Shown here in pieces: positions 61,918 through 64,000 of a stretch of DNA of 64,000 nucleotides. How positions within the stretch are numbered: position 1 is the first letter of the stretch; each line of letters begins with the position of its first letter. The stretch is from assembly GCA_044892525.1 (NCBI GenBank), contig CM097887.1, forward strand, positions 89,568,397 to 89,632,396, given 5' to 3'. Under the pieces are notes generated by a model, which worked only from the letters and a program-made list of their open reading frames with translations, had not been told where the DNA came from and searched no databases. Both the position numbers and the translations under genes were made by a program. This DNA is from Schmidtea polychroa (taxonomy: Eukaryota).

Positions 61918-63322
61918 CTTAATGAATATGTACAAATTAGTTCTAGTAGTACAAATTAATTAGATTCAAACTACTGTTAAAAAATTGAAACCGTTGTGTG
62001 ATATATAAAATAAAAACTCATAATTCTTTTTTTATAAAAGAAATATTGTTGGTTTGTTATAAAAAATAATCTCGCTCGAATTACTAAAACAAGGTGCCTG
62101 GTGAAATCAAGGAATGGTTCAATGGAAGTAATGTAGAATTTGATGTGTTCACTGTAACGTAAGAAAAATATATAATTTTTTCTTCTGAGCACATGTGATG
62201 TGCTGTTCATACTTTCGCAATTCGTACTTTCATCAGGGTTTCAAAGGGTACCAGATCAGTTCTCTAATAATAGATAACACCAAATGGTGTTAATTACAAG
62301 AAGAACCTAAAGTCTATTCTATATTAAGACATTGAATAGGAAATGGCGCAATTTTACATCATTCAGCTAGATGATTATTCAGTACCTTTTGAGACTAAAA
62401 ATAGATTAATTGATAAAGCTTAAATAGTAAGATATGTCTCCTTCAGAACATGTTCTTTTCAGAACATGTTCTTTTCAGAACATGTACCCTCCAGGACAGT
62501 ACCCTCGCCTCCCCGATGGTAAGGAGAAAAATATTAAGCTAAAAAATAGTGCTTAATAATTGTATGGGGGGGTCTTTTATTTTAAAGCCTAAAATCTACT
62601 TTCTCCTACCTTCCCTCTAGTAAAGTGCAAAATAATTGTAACCATTATACTTGAAATTAAGCATAAAATATCATGGTGTTGTCATTTCGAAACTTCATTT
62701 CCTTAGTCTTAAATCATTTGATATGTCATTAGTTCGTGAGAAAAATTGTTCCGCATTTATCCTGATTTTTCTAAAACATTTTGTCAATTAATATATCGAT
62801 CATAACAATAAAAATTTGGATGCTTGATTTATCCCTTCGATTACTTCTTACCTTAACTATGTGACCTAAATCAAAACAACTAAAATCGATTTTAAATTTT
62901 TTATTGATCTTGAGTTAAACCAACAAAAAAATTTACAAAATTCGTGCAAAAATGAAAGGCATTTTTCTTTTTCGTTTCCGTCGTAAACTGAGCTGCACTC
63001 GATTGGGTTTTCAATTTGATTCTTTACTTCTCTGGTTTTCTTCTCTACATCAGGATCTCTTCGCCTTTATCTTTATTTTCTTTATTGTAAAATCTTTCGA
63101 GAGAATTGATATGGGTTCAGATTGTTTGCTGGATATTCTCGATAGCTTAGATTTCAAATTTTCTTTTTCTGCGGTTCTTTCCCTTTTGTGTTTTAGAGTT
63201 CTAGAGTTTTTTTCTTTTTGCCTGTTTTTGTGTTGTTTTCTGGTTGTTTTGGTTGAGGTTTTTGAGTTTGTTTCAGCTTTTCGTTTTTTAGAGTAATTTT
63301 TGCGCACACACACACACAATTA

Positions 63323-63325
<3 letters not shown>

Positions 63326-63398
<73 letters not shown>
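63326..63398. repeat. (TA)n microsatellite next to a truncated Charlie-type MITE end (about 63400-63475)
   Basis: Long TA tract; the right TIR gtttgagaacccctg is present. Confidence 0.85.
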
Positions 63399-63401
<3 letters not shown>

Positions 63402-64000
63402 CTTAGGTAGGGTGTCTATGAACAAAATAAAATTCCTACAGGGGGTCTATGGAAGAAAAAGTTTGAGAACCCCTGGTTTAGACCTAACACTTCGATCTTT
63501 TGGTATTCCAATGAAACTTTCGATATTTACACATTGTTTCTGTTAATGTAATTTTGACGTAAGTAGTCATAAGAATTAATTTGTCAGGACAAGAATAAAG
63601 ACAAAATTGTATTTTCTACCTGTCGGAATACCACTAACGGCACTCTTAACATTAAATGGCCAATAAGTCTGGGCCAAATCAATCACGCCGATTCGATCCT
63701 TCGACCACATTAAAATTATGATTTTACAATAATTTAATTTTAATAAACAATGACACTTTCCCAAAAAATCAAATTTCCATTGTTAAACGATGCATAATTT
63801 ATCAAATTTAACTGTCTTTTAAATATTAAAAATTTATTTAATATAAATTTAACTGATCGATTTAAATTTTTACCTAATAGTCATAGTAACGGAAACTAAA
63901 TTTGGAAAATATATACTGTTTCAAATAAGCTTTATTTAATTAATTAATTTTCATTTTAATTAATCAGATCTCGAATGAAGTTAAAGTACAAAATAGAGCA

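Noticed and set aside
62952-63319. Lys-rich (minus) and Phe-rich (plus) ORFs as extra exons of paralog C
   Set aside because: Low complexity, next to a TA microsatellite, and no convincing splice sites.
63576-63764. RIGVIDLAQTY ORF as the triphosphatase exon of paralog C
   Set aside because: Only a superficial resemblance to the GLIIDLT motif; no consistent splice sites or neighbouring TPase exons.

Overview
This is AT-rich eukaryotic (metazoan-type) genomic DNA with short GT-AG introns (about 43-64 nt) and three N-gaps. The TE content (NeSL/LIN-like retrotransposon, many hATs, Polinton) would fit a triclad flatworm, but I cannot prove the taxon. The host genes form a minus-strand tandem array of three mRNA capping enzyme (RNGTT) paralogs. 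(B) 39919-44007 is compact and canonical, about 591 aa, with all triphosphatase and guanylyltransferase motifs intact. (C) about 60290-61917 has intact GTase and OB-fold exons, but I could not find its triphosphatase exons. (A) 3976-35026 is a 14-exon, 31-kb gene that I spliced by hand into an uninterrupted ORF of about 913 aa. In A both active sites are substituted (P-loop HCIHGYNLT, R->L; motif I WRTNG, K->R; motifs IV, V and VI also lost), and the linker is expanded into a long Arg/Asp/Ser repeat. It is therefore a candidate 'pseudo-capping enzyme' and the most interesting object in the window. Introns and intergenic DNA are filled with TEs: a decayed Polinton/adintovirus-like virus in intron 3 of A, a near-intact hAT, an intact NeSL-like RLE retrotransposon with a degenerate Ulp1-like domain, several Ty3/Gypsy relics (one fused to a captured class-B GPCR fragment), pogo and piggyBac relics, and many MITEs. 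All calls come from manual motif reading; no searches were run.
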